Source of the DNA: Candidatus Hermodarchaeota archaeon
GTDB taxonomy: Archaea; Asgardarchaeota; Lokiarchaeia; Sigyniarchaeales; SOKP01
Length of the DNA stretch: 23,311 bases
Assembly (NCBI GenBank): GCA_048885925.1
Contig: JBHLLG010000043.1
Coordinates: 1-23,311 of the forward strand
Direction of reading: 5' to 3'
Position 1 is the first letter of the stretch, and every line of letters starts with the position of its first letter. The translations under genes were made by a program, and so were the position numbers. A model generated the notes under the pieces. The model was not told where the DNA came from, searched no databases, and worked only from the letters and a program-made list of their open reading frames with translations. Shown here piece after piece: positions 1 through 8,204 of this stretch.

Positions 1-215
1 TCTCCATATATCGATAGCTTATAGTAAGTTTGTTTATCCGATCCTGCATTAAAGGAAGTTCCGCCTCCTAAATTATCGGTAACGATCGCAATATTCTCTG
101 GAGGGATGCCTTCAAGTACTAAATGAAGAGCACAATTTAATCCTGCGGCACCAGAACCAATGATCACTGAATTAAATTCCTTAATATTTAATTGATCGAT
201 ATTAATTACTCCCAT
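1..215 (-). CDS. FAD-binding oxidoreductase, SdhA/FrdA/NadB-like flavoprotein N-terminus (runs off the window's left edge)
   Basis: Not in the ORF track. Manual translation from ATG at 215 gives MGVINIDQLNIKEFNSVIIGSGAAGLNCALHLVLEGIPPENIAIVTDNLGGGTSFNAGSDKQTYYKLSIYG with no stop. It has a GxGxxG FAD motif (IIGSGAAG) and a GGxS-type motif, and starts 17 bp after the SDR stop on the same strand. Confidence 0.85.
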   Translation of the reverse strand, partial: MGVINIDQLNIKEFNSVIIGSGAAGLNCALHLVLEGIPPENIAIVTDNLGGGTSFNAGSDKQTYYKLSIYG

Positions 216-232
216 AATCTATTTCGGTTTTT

Positions 233-1033
233 TTATAAACGATGTAAGTGAAACCCTCCATCAATATCTAAAATTGCACCCGTAGAGAAGGGTATTAAAC
301 CACTCACTATAGCAACTACTGGTTTTGCAATATCAATAGGTTTACCCCATCTCTTAATTGGAGTAATACCTTCCTTAATTAGTTGATCATAGGATTCATG
401 TCTTGGTTTAGTGAGGGGTGTATCTATTATTCCAGGAGATATTTCATAAACAGGAATTCCAAATTCAGCAAGTCTTACTGCATACAATTTAGTCATCATG
501 GTCATACCTGCTTTAGAAATGCAGTATTCTCCTCTATTTAACGAAGTGGTATATCTATTAATAGAGGATATATTTATAATGTATGGTTGGTAATCATCTT
601 TGAGGTTCTTTTTCAGTTCAATCATCCATTTAGCAATAGCTTGAGTTAAAAAAAATGGACCTTTAAGATTAATTCCCATTACTCTGTCGTAAGATTCTTC
701 AGTCATTTCTAACATTTCTCCTCTTTTTATTGGTCCAACTCCAGCATTATTCACTAAAACATCTATTCGATTAAATGTTTTCCTAATTCCATTAATTAAT
801 ATCTGACGATCCTCTCTCTTACTTATATCCGCTTGAATATAGAGGTATTTATCTTCAAAATCATCTTTAAAAATATTTTTTAGAATATTCTCATAATCCT
901 TAGGTAATTCTTTAGTTGAAGCTCCATTAATTATAACAGAAAAACCAATTTTAGCGAGTTCTAAGACAATTGCTTCCCCAATTCCATGAGTACTTCCAGT
1001 AATCAATGCAATTTTTTTATTGTTTATATTCAT
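233..1033 (-). CDS. Classical short-chain dehydrogenase/reductase (SDR), probably sugar-related
   Basis: TGSTHGIG cofactor motif, NNAG, catalytic Ser (ISS) and YxxxK (YCISK), PG..T motif, C-terminal DGG. Confidence 0.93.
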   Translation of the reverse strand: MNINNKKIALITGSTHGIGEAIVLELAKIGFSVIINGASTKELPKDYENILKNIFKDDFEDKYLYIQADISKREDRQILINGIRKTFNRIDVLVNNAGVGPIKRGEMLEMTEESYDRVMGINLKGPFFLTQAIAKWMIELKKNLKDDYQPYIINISSINRYTTSLNRGEYCISKAGMTMMTKLYAVRLAEFGIPVYEISPGIIDTPLTKPRHESYDQLIKEGITPIKRWGKPIDIAKPVVAIVSGLIPFSTGAILDIDGGFHLHRL

Positions 1034-1163
1034 AAAATACTATCTATTTGATTTTATTAAAAATATTTTAAAAAAAGACTTTCTAAATCTTGAATTTAAA
1101 AGAATATATATAAGAACATATCTATCTTACTATAACAAAATTAAAATTAAATAATGATTCAAA

Positions 1164-2864
1164 ATGAGACGATTTGCAAGTATTGATTTTTTACGTGGTA
1201 TAGCGATTTTTCTAATGCTCTTTTTACATACCATACTCCATGTATTAGATATTGATGGTTTACTTGATCAAATAAATGATATACCAATGATAAATATTGT
1301 TGCACTTATCATTTTACCATTCTTAGGAGGACTAGCTGGTTTTTTCTTAATGGTTTCTGCTATTGGTAATATGATAAGCATGTATAGACATTTACAAGCT
1401 GGGAGGAATATAAAAGATTTAGCTATAAGACAGATTATGGGTGGTGTTCTACTATTGATTTTTGCGATGATTTCTGAGAGTATGCTAAGCATCCATGGCG
1501 CATTTGCAAATTTAATGAAAACTTTAGATGATGTTTCAGCATGGAATTGGCAAGTTATACTTTATAGAGGATACCATTTTGAAACAATACACACAATAGC
1601 ATGGTGCATAATAATTAATGGAATTGTTCAAGCTATCCTCTCAAGAAATAATGGTTGGAAAAATCCTAGGCGCCTTATAAGAATTTACATGATTTTAATA
1701 GTCGTTGTAGTAGTGCTTACTCCCTTTTTATGGTGGTTAGTAGATTTGGCAATTCCAGGATATCCATGGGCAATAGATCCAGAAACAGGTGTAGATGTCC
1801 AATATCCATATTTGGGAATTTCAGAATGGTGGAAATTTATAACGCACTTCTTTCTAAACGCTGTAGCTGGGAGGGAAGAACCTATATTTCCTTATTTAGC
1901 AGTATCATTTATGGGTAGTATTATTGGTATCACTTTAGCTCAAAACAGAGAAGAAGTTAGAAAGGATTTCCCTAAGCGAACAATGCAAATAGGATTTTTG
2001 TTATTTTTTGTAGGAATTATTGGTCTGATTATTAATTTAGTTCTCATTATGGATGCTCTAGGTATTGATGCCGCTTTGAATCTTTATAAAGGACTGGCAT
2101 TCCATCGAAATTGGGTTCCAGAGAATCCAGCTATTGCTAGTGATACATTACCAGTTCTGGGGTGGTTGTTCCAATTTATGAGTTTAAACGGAGCGGCAAT
2201 ATGTCTTATAATGGTTGTAGTTCGTGTAGTAGAATTTCGGGGACGTGGCAAAGAGTTTGCTGAAAAAACGCCATTTTTCCGTCGATTTGGATTCATTGCT
2301 TTTACTATATATAATATTCAATGGTTCTATTTTCTTATATGGTTCTTTATCTCATCATTACTCTATGGTCAACCCTATCTAAACCTAGACTGGGCTGGTA
2401 CCTTTCTAACCATGGCTATAACGTTTTTGATTTTACACGCCATAATGTTACTTTGGGAAAGAACGAAATATACTGGAAGTTTGGAATGGATGATGGGTAC
2501 CATTGCTGCGCAAATAATTCCTGCTAGGAAAGTGATGGATCAGAAATGGTGGCAATCGGGACAACTAAATGTTGATGAAGCATTTTATAATGCTGAGTGG
2601 TTAAATGTAATAGAAAAAAATGAGATTCGTCATGATCAACATGCTGATTCAAAAATGTCATACAAACTATCGTTCTTTGGATTTTTATTTTTCCCAATAT
2701 CATTCATAACATTCATTTTAGCGAGAAAATCTGTAAAAACAGAGCAAAAAAATCAATTTAACAGACGTGCAAAGTTAATTTCTCTAGGTGGTATTTTATT
2801 CTTTTTAGTGTGGCTGATTCTATCGTTATTTTTTAGTTTGTCTGATCTTGGAATCTCTCTTTAA
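1164..2864 (+). CDS. Polytopic membrane protein, HGSNAT/DUF1624-like transmembrane acyltransferase family
   Basis: N-terminal RFASIDFLRGIAIFLMLFLH matches the R..SID.LRG.A...M...H signature. About 12-13 hydrophobic helices, a DUF418-like GSLEW motif and an extra C-terminal helical hairpin. Confidence 0.7.
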   Translation: MRRFASIDFLRGIAIFLMLFLHTILHVLDIDGLLDQINDIPMINIVALIILPFLGGLAGFFLMVSAIGNMISMYRHLQAGRNIKDLAIRQIMGGVLLLIFAMISESMLSIHGAFANLMKTLDDVSAWNWQVILYRGYHFETIHTIAWCIIINGIVQAILSRNNGWKNPRRLIRIYMILIVVVVVLTPFLWWLVDLAIPGYPWAIDPETGVDVQYPYLGISEWWKFITHFFLNAVAGREEPIFPYLAVSFMGSIIGITLAQNREEVRKDFPKRTMQIGFLLFFVGIIGLIINLVLIMDALGIDAALNLYKGLAFHRNWVPENPAIASDTLPVLGWLFQFMSLNGAAICLIMVVVRVVEFRGRGKEFAEKTPFFRRFGFIAFTIYNIQWFYFLIWFFISSLLYGQPYLNLDWAGTFLTMAITFLILHAIMLLWERTKYTGSLEWMMGTIAAQIIPARKVMDQKWWQSGQLNVDEAFYNAEWLNVIEKNEIRHDQHADSKMSYKLSFFGFLFFPISFITFILARKSVKTEQKNQFNRRAKLISLGGILFFLVWLILSLFFSLSDLGISL

Positions 2865-2896
2865 AAGTTCGAAAAACGTAAAATTTTCTTTAAATC

Positions 2897-2906
2897 TTTT
2901 TTTTTT
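2897..2906 (+). terminator. Probable archaeal oligo-T terminator
   Basis: T10 run about 32 nt after the stop codon at 2864. Confidence 0.5.
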
Positions 2907-2952
2907 CTAATTATCTTTTATGTTATTACTATTTTAATTAGGGATAAAGTGG

Positions 2953-4986
2953 ATGATTGAGATCAAGAAAGGAATGTCTGAAAGTGAGATTAAGGATTAT
3001 GTGAATTATGTCCTAAAAAACATGAGTTTGGAAGAAAAGATCGCCCAAATGAAAGGAAATGGGCTCTTTATAAAAGTAGTACAAGATGGAGGATTTGGAA
3101 AACGAGTATATGATGCAGTAGGTTCAAGAAGGTTCAATATTCCTCCATTTAAATTTACTGATGGTCCTCGTGGAGTAATCATTCCTGGTTCTACTTGTTT
3201 TCCTGTATCTATGGCTCGTGCAGCATCATGGGATATAAACCTAGAGGAGAGAATTGGTGATGTGATAGGGAAAGAAGTTCGAGCACATGGAGGCAATCTT
3301 TTTGGAGGTGTTTGTATAAATCTATTACGTCATCCTGCTTGGGGTAGAGCACAAGAAACTTATGGCGAGGATCCATTCTTATTGGGAGAATTCGGAGCTG
3401 CTTTAACTCGAGGAGTGCAAAGACATAATGTGATGGCAACTGCGAAACACTTTGCTGCAAACAGTATCGAAAACGCTCGATTTAAAGTAAATGTAAAAAT
3501 GGATGAGCGTACATTACGCGAAGTATATCTCCCTCATTTTAAGCGTTGTGTAGAAGAAGGTTGTGCCACAATTATGAGTGCTTATAATAAACTTCTTGGT
3601 AAGTATTGTGGACACAATGATTATCTATTACGTGATATTTTGAAGGGTGATTGGAATTTTCAAGGATTCATTCATTCCGATTGGATATATGGTGTGAAAG
3701 ATACAGTAGGTGGAATAACAGGAGGATTAGATGTTGAAATGCCACGAGAAAGATATTATAGAAAAAGGAAAGTCATACGGGCTCTACAAGAAGGTAAAAT
3801 CTCCCAAGCTATGATTGATGAGGCTGCCGGACGAGTTATGCGAACAATTCTTCGCTACGTTACAAGAGAAGATCCCCAGGTATATGGAAAAGAAATAATT
3901 GGATGTGAAGAACACTATAAAGTTGCATTAGAAGCAGCAGAAAAGAGTATGGTACTCCTCAAAAATGAAGGGCAATTTTTACCTTTAAATAAATCTAATA
4001 TCAAAAAGATAGCAATTTTCGGAAAATACGCAAAAGTTAAAAATACTGGAGATAGGGGTAGTAGTAATGTAGCAGTTAATGAAGTAATTACTCCGTTAAT
4101 GGGTATTGAAAATTATTTAGGAGATTCTATTGAATTAGTCTACAATAATGGATCAAATAATAATGGTGCGAAAAAGTTGGCTAAAGAAGCAGATGTAGCA
4201 ATAATAGTTGTAGGATTAAATTATAAAGATGAAGGAGAATATATTAAAGAATTTAGATTAGGTGGAGATCGGGACTCCCTTTCCTTACATGATAAAGATA
4301 TAAAATTAATAAAAACAATAAAAAGTGAAAATGAAAATAGCATTGTTGTCCTGATTGGAGGAAGTGCTATTATTATGGAAGAATGGAAGGACCGGGTTCC
4401 TGCGATCTTGATGGCTTGGTATTCTGGTGTAGAAGGAGGTAATGCTTTAGCAAAAATACTTTTTGGAGATGTTAATCCTGGCGGAAAATTGCCTTTTACG
4501 ATTCCTAAAGATCCTGGACATTTGCCATTTTTTGATAAAAATGCAGATGAAATTGAATATGGATATTATCATGGATACACGCTTTTTGATAAAGAAGAGT
4601 ATGAACCAGCGTTTCCATTTGGTTATGGATTAAGTTATACTTCATTTAGTTATAGTAATTTAAAAGCTAAAGTTAAAGATGATAAAGTCATTGCTACAGT
4701 AGACATTAAAAATAGTGGAAAAGTGGCAGGAGATGAGGTGGTTCAATTATATATTGGGTTTGAAAATTCTCATATCGACCGTCCTATAAAACTATTAAAG
4801 GGATTTTCACGTATCCATCTAGAGCCAAATGAGGTTAAAGCTGTAAAAATCGAGGTTCCAATTAAAAATCTTGCTTGGTACAATCCTAATTCAAAAGCAT
4901 GGGAGGTTGAAACTATAAAATATACCCTTTATATGGGTCACTCCTCCAAAAAGGAAGATCTTTTATCGATTCAATTTAATATATAA
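2953..4986 (+). CDS. Glycoside hydrolase family 3 beta-glucosidase (BglX-like), no signal peptide
   Basis: TDGPRG, WGRAQETYGEDP, KHF, nucleophile motif SDW, GLDVEMP, VLLKNE, FPFGYGLSYT and an FnIII-like C-terminus (GDEVVQLY). Confidence 0.96.
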   Translation: MIEIKKGMSESEIKDYVNYVLKNMSLEEKIAQMKGNGLFIKVVQDGGFGKRVYDAVGSRRFNIPPFKFTDGPRGVIIPGSTCFPVSMARAASWDINLEERIGDVIGKEVRAHGGNLFGGVCINLLRHPAWGRAQETYGEDPFLLGEFGAALTRGVQRHNVMATAKHFAANSIENARFKVNVKMDERTLREVYLPHFKRCVEEGCATIMSAYNKLLGKYCGHNDYLLRDILKGDWNFQGFIHSDWIYGVKDTVGGITGGLDVEMPRERYYRKRKVIRALQEGKISQAMIDEAAGRVMRTILRYVTREDPQVYGKEIIGCEEHYKVALEAAEKSMVLLKNEGQFLPLNKSNIKKIAIFGKYAKVKNTGDRGSSNVAVNEVITPLMGIENYLGDSIELVYNNGSNNNGAKKLAKEADVAIIVVGLNYKDEGEYIKEFRLGGDRDSLSLHDKDIKLIKTIKSENENSIVVLIGGSAIIMEEWKDRVPAILMAWYSGVEGGNALAKILFGDVNPGGKLPFTIPKDPGHLPFFDKNADEIEYGYYHGYTLFDKEEYEPAFPFGYGLSYTSFSYSNLKAKVKDDKVIATVDIKNSGKVAGDEVVQLYIGFENSHIDRPIKLLKGFSRIHLEPNEVKAVKIEVPIKNLAWYNPNSKAWEVETIKYTLYMGHSSKKEDLLSIQFNI

Positions 4987-5014
4987 CTAAAATAAAGAAA
5001 TATTAATTATTTAT

Positions 5015-6040
5015 TTATAACTTTTCAATAATCTCTTTTTTATCAGTTTGAGAAGATTTATACAAAGTAAATATTAAATTAAGAGCTTTAGCGCTTTCTT
5101 CTACAGTATTAAAGTAAGGTTTATCGTGAAGAACCCAATCTCCGAATGCTTTTACAGATCTTCCGAAATGTGAAAATCCTTTTACGGGTTTTTTAACCTT
5201 ATACTTCTTGGCTCCCTTCCAATTCAATGAAGATTTTGGCCACGGTCCTTTATAGTAAGCTCTTCCATTCTTTCCAAAAACTTGTAATTCTACTTTTTCT
5301 TTAAACATACCGAAGGGAGGGTTAACAAATGTTGAGTTATTTATTTGAGCATATACCGTATTTTCAAATTCAATTATTCCAAAAGCACAATCTTCAACTT
5401 CTAGATTTTTAAATCTTAAATTTCCTATCTTTCCTATTACAGAAATGGGATTTCCAAAAGCCCATATCATTATATCAATCATATGGGAACCCTGTATTAA
5501 AAGGGTTCCACCACCAGCAGTCTCCTTCTTAGTTCGCCATGGACCTTTTTCAAAATAAGATTCATTTCTACTAAAAAATACATTACAATTTGCATAATAT
5601 AATTCTCCTAAATGATTATTTTGAATAGCAGAAACCAAACGATAGCAGTTATGATCATATCTATAATTATAATTAAAACCTAACTTTAGCTGTGTATATT
5701 GTTTATCTAACTTTTGTATTTCTCGAGTATCATCTATAGAAATCGAAACTGGTTTTTCACATAAGACATGTTTGCCATTTTCAAAAGCTTGCTTTATCAT
5801 TGGTTTATGGAGATGGTGAGGTGTAGCTATATACACAGCATCAATATTCTCATTTTTATACATATCTTCAACATTAGCATAAGCATGCTTTTTACCTGCC
5901 ACTTTTATAGCTCTATTTATATTTAAATCCGCAGCTGCTACGATTTTTGTGTTTTTTATGATTCTAGAAGTAAGTTTATACATATTAGTTATCCATCCAC
6001 ATCCAATTACACCTATTTTAATGAATTTCTTATTTTGAAT
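5015..6040 (-). CDS. Gfo/Idh/MocA family NAD(P)-dependent oxidoreductase; the start probably lies upstream of the ORF-track ATG (5983), at ATT 6040
   Basis: DAVYIATP, HVLCEKP and GGGTLLIQGSHMID motifs. The Rossmann strand KIGVIGCGWI is encoded in frame upstream of ATG 5983, and AAGGTGA lies 6 nt before ATT 6040. The family call is firm; the start is inferred. Confidence 0.9.
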   Translation of the reverse strand: MQNKKFIKIGVIGCGWITNMYKLTSRIIKNTKIVAAADLNINRAIKVAGKKHAYANVEDMYKNENIDAVYIATPHHLHKPMIKQAFENGKHVLCEKPVSISIDDTREIQKLDKQYTQLKLGFNYNYRYDHNCYRLVSAIQNNHLGELYYANCNVFFSRNESYFEKGPWRTKKETAGGGTLLIQGSHMIDIMIWAFGNPISVIGKIGNLRFKNLEVEDCAFGIIEFENTVYAQINNSTFVNPPFGMFKEKVELQVFGKNGRAYYKGPWPKSSLNWKGAKKYKVKKPVKGFSHFGRSVKAFGDWVLHDKPYFNTVEESAKALNLIFTLYKSSQTDKKEIIEKL

Positions 6041-6052
6041 AAAATATCACCT

Positions 6053-6691
6053 TTATTGCTGTCCTTCTAATACCCATTTTACTGAATTTTTTATTATTCT
6101 CCGAAATATTTCACTTTTTAAAGACTTTGCTTGATGACCTAAAGCACAAAAAGTTACCCTCCCTTTTCTATATGTTTTTACCCAGATAATCGGTTCGGGT
6201 GAAGGATCTTCTTCATCATGGTAATAAGCTTCTGCTAAAACTTTCATATCTCCTTTCATAGAGAAATCATGCCTATAGGGTTCATCAAAAAAGGTAAAAT
6301 CAGGTAAATCTGCTGTTATTGGATGTTCCTTATCAAGAATTTTAATATCTATGTTGCATTTTTTTTTATGTTCAATAAATCTTCCTCCAATCATTTCATA
6401 ATATTTAGGATGAGCTTTAAAAGAAGCAGATGCTCCATGTACTCCTACAAATCCCTTTCCACTTGCAATAAAATCTAGTAGATTTTTTTCTTGCTCTTCA
6501 GAAAATTCGCCAAATTGAGTAAAAAAAATAGTTGTATCATAATCAAAAAAGTCTTTATTATTAAATACTTCAACATCTTCATAATTATCAACAACATAAT
6601 CACTCAAGATTTCTTTGAAATACAAATAAGTCTTATCCTTCTTAAAGTATCTACCTCTTTGGCATAACAATATTTTCTTTTTAAACGCCAT
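6053..6691 (-). CDS. ThuA-like domain protein (class I glutamine amidotransferase-like fold)
   Basis: GKGFVGVHGAS, IGGRFIEH, HPIT, DEPY, P.IWVKTY.KGRVTFCALGH. Confidence 0.9.
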   Translation of the reverse strand: MAFKKKILLCQRGRYFKKDKTYLYFKEILSDYVVDNYEDVEVFNNKDFFDYDTTIFFTQFGEFSEEQEKNLLDFIASGKGFVGVHGASASFKAHPKYYEMIGGRFIEHKKKCNIDIKILDKEHPITADLPDFTFFDEPYRHDFSMKGDMKVLAEAYYHDEEDPSPEPIIWVKTYRKGRVTFCALGHQAKSLKSEIFRRIIKNSVKWVLEGQQ

Positions 6692-6711
6692 AAATCATCA
6701 TGAGAAAAAAT

Positions 6712-6729
6712 GAAAAGTTCTTTATTAAG
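6712..6729. promoter_or_regulatory. BRE/TATA-like element in a 58-bp divergent intergenic gap
   Basis: GAAAAGTTC-TTTATTAAG, centred about 26 nt upstream of ATG 6750 (+) and about 33 nt upstream of ATG 6691 (-). Confidence 0.45.
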
Positions 6730-6749
6730 GGTTCTCTAGGTATTATGTA

Positions 6750-8123
6750 ATGAATTTAATTCCATCGCACAAACAATTTGAAACATTTACTTATAGGACT
6801 TTAAAAGATTTAGAAAAAAAAATTACTGAATTGGGTTTAGATATTCCAATATATCCACGATTAGAAATTTTACAACAAAGAGTTCATGCCCAAAATTTAT
6901 TTATACCTAACCGATTAGCAATTCAGCCAATGGAAGGCTTTGATGCTAAATCTGATGGATCTCCTGGAGAGTTAACATATAGACGATATGAAAGATATGC
7001 AAAGGGTGGAGCAGGTTTAATTTGGTTTGAGGCTACAGCAATTAGCCATGGATGTTGTTCAAATCGTCATCAATTGGTATTATCAGAAAAGAATTATAAA
7101 AAATTTGAAAAGTTTGTCTCAGTTATAAGGGATATTTCTAATAAAACTCTTAAACAGTTAGGTTTTGTACATAAAAGCATTTTAATTCTCCAATTGAACC
7201 ATTCTGGAAGATATTGTGTAAGAGATGGTAAAAAATATCCGATAAGAGCTTATCATAATTCAGAGTTAGATGGTGCTAAAAATCTTTCAAAAAGGGAAGG
7301 GTCTATAATATCTGATAATGAATTAAAAGAGTTAGAGAATATATGGATTCAAAAAGCGATTTTAGCAAAAGAAGTAGGTTTTGATGGAGTAGATATTAAA
7401 GCATGTCATGGTTATTTAATTCATGAATTACTTAGTTCAAGACTCAGAGAAGATTCTAAATATGGCGGAATACCTCTTGAAAACAGGGCAAGATTATTTT
7501 TAGATATCATAAAAAAATTGAATAATAAACTGAAAAATGAAAGAAATTTTATATTAACTACGAGAATGAGTGTTTACGATGGAATTCCCTTCCCTAATGG
7601 ATTTGGAGTCAAAGAACAAGAAAAAGAAAATTTTCCAGCACCAATAGACCTTACTGAGCCTTTAGAAATAATAAATAAACTCTATAAACAAGGAGTAAGA
7701 TTAATTAATATTTCAGCTGGCAATCCTCATTACAAACCTCAAATTACAAGGCCATTTGATAAACCTATAAAGGGTGGCATATTACCGGATGAACATCCAT
7801 TATATGGAGTGAATAGACTTTTAAATTTAGCGACTTTAATTAAAAATCATTTACCGGAGGACATGATAGTTGTTGGTTCCGGTTATTCATATCTACGCCA
7901 ATTTGCAGGTTATATCGCTGCTGGTATGGCTCATGAAAAAAGAGTAGATATTTGCGCATTTGGGAGAATGGCACTTGCAAATCCTGATTTTCCAAAACAA
8001 ATTTTCCAAGAGGGAAAAATAAATAAAAATCAAGTGTGTATTGCTTGTTCAAAATGTTCAGAATTAATGAAAAATAATCAAAATGTTGGATGTGTTACAA
8101 GGGATCCCCAATATCAGAATTAA
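6750..8123 (+). CDS. NADH:flavin oxidoreductase (old yellow enzyme family) with a C-terminal Fe-S motif
   Basis: PNRLAIQPMEG, GGAGLIWFEA, LQLNHSGR, GFDGVDIKACHGYL, KYGG..ENRAR, GRMALANPD, and CxxCxxC-x11-C (CIACSKC...GC). Confidence 0.93.
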   Translation: MNLIPSHKQFETFTYRTLKDLEKKITELGLDIPIYPRLEILQQRVHAQNLFIPNRLAIQPMEGFDAKSDGSPGELTYRRYERYAKGGAGLIWFEATAISHGCCSNRHQLVLSEKNYKKFEKFVSVIRDISNKTLKQLGFVHKSILILQLNHSGRYCVRDGKKYPIRAYHNSELDGAKNLSKREGSIISDNELKELENIWIQKAILAKEVGFDGVDIKACHGYLIHELLSSRLREDSKYGGIPLENRARLFLDIIKKLNNKLKNERNFILTTRMSVYDGIPFPNGFGVKEQEKENFPAPIDLTEPLEIINKLYKQGVRLINISAGNPHYKPQITRPFDKPIKGGILPDEHPLYGVNRLLNLATLIKNHLPEDMIVVGSGYSYLRQFAGYIAAGMAHEKRVDICAFGRMALANPDFPKQIFQEGKINKNQVCIACSKCSELMKNNQNVGCVTRDPQYQN

Positions 8124-8204
8124 ATTTTTTAAGAGAAAGTTATTTTAAACCTTAAATTGAATTTAATATATTAAAAAAAGGTAATATTTTCTTATTAGAA
8201 GATA

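Noticed and set aside
233-1033. Assigning fabG (fatty-acid synthesis) to the SDR
   Set aside because: The motifs are generic SDR motifs and the context is carbohydrate catabolism, with no ACP or fab genes.
2953-4986. GH3 as a NagZ N-acetylglucosaminidase partnering the HGSNAT-like gene
   Set aside because: It has KHFAANS rather than the NagZ KHFPGHG...DSH motif.
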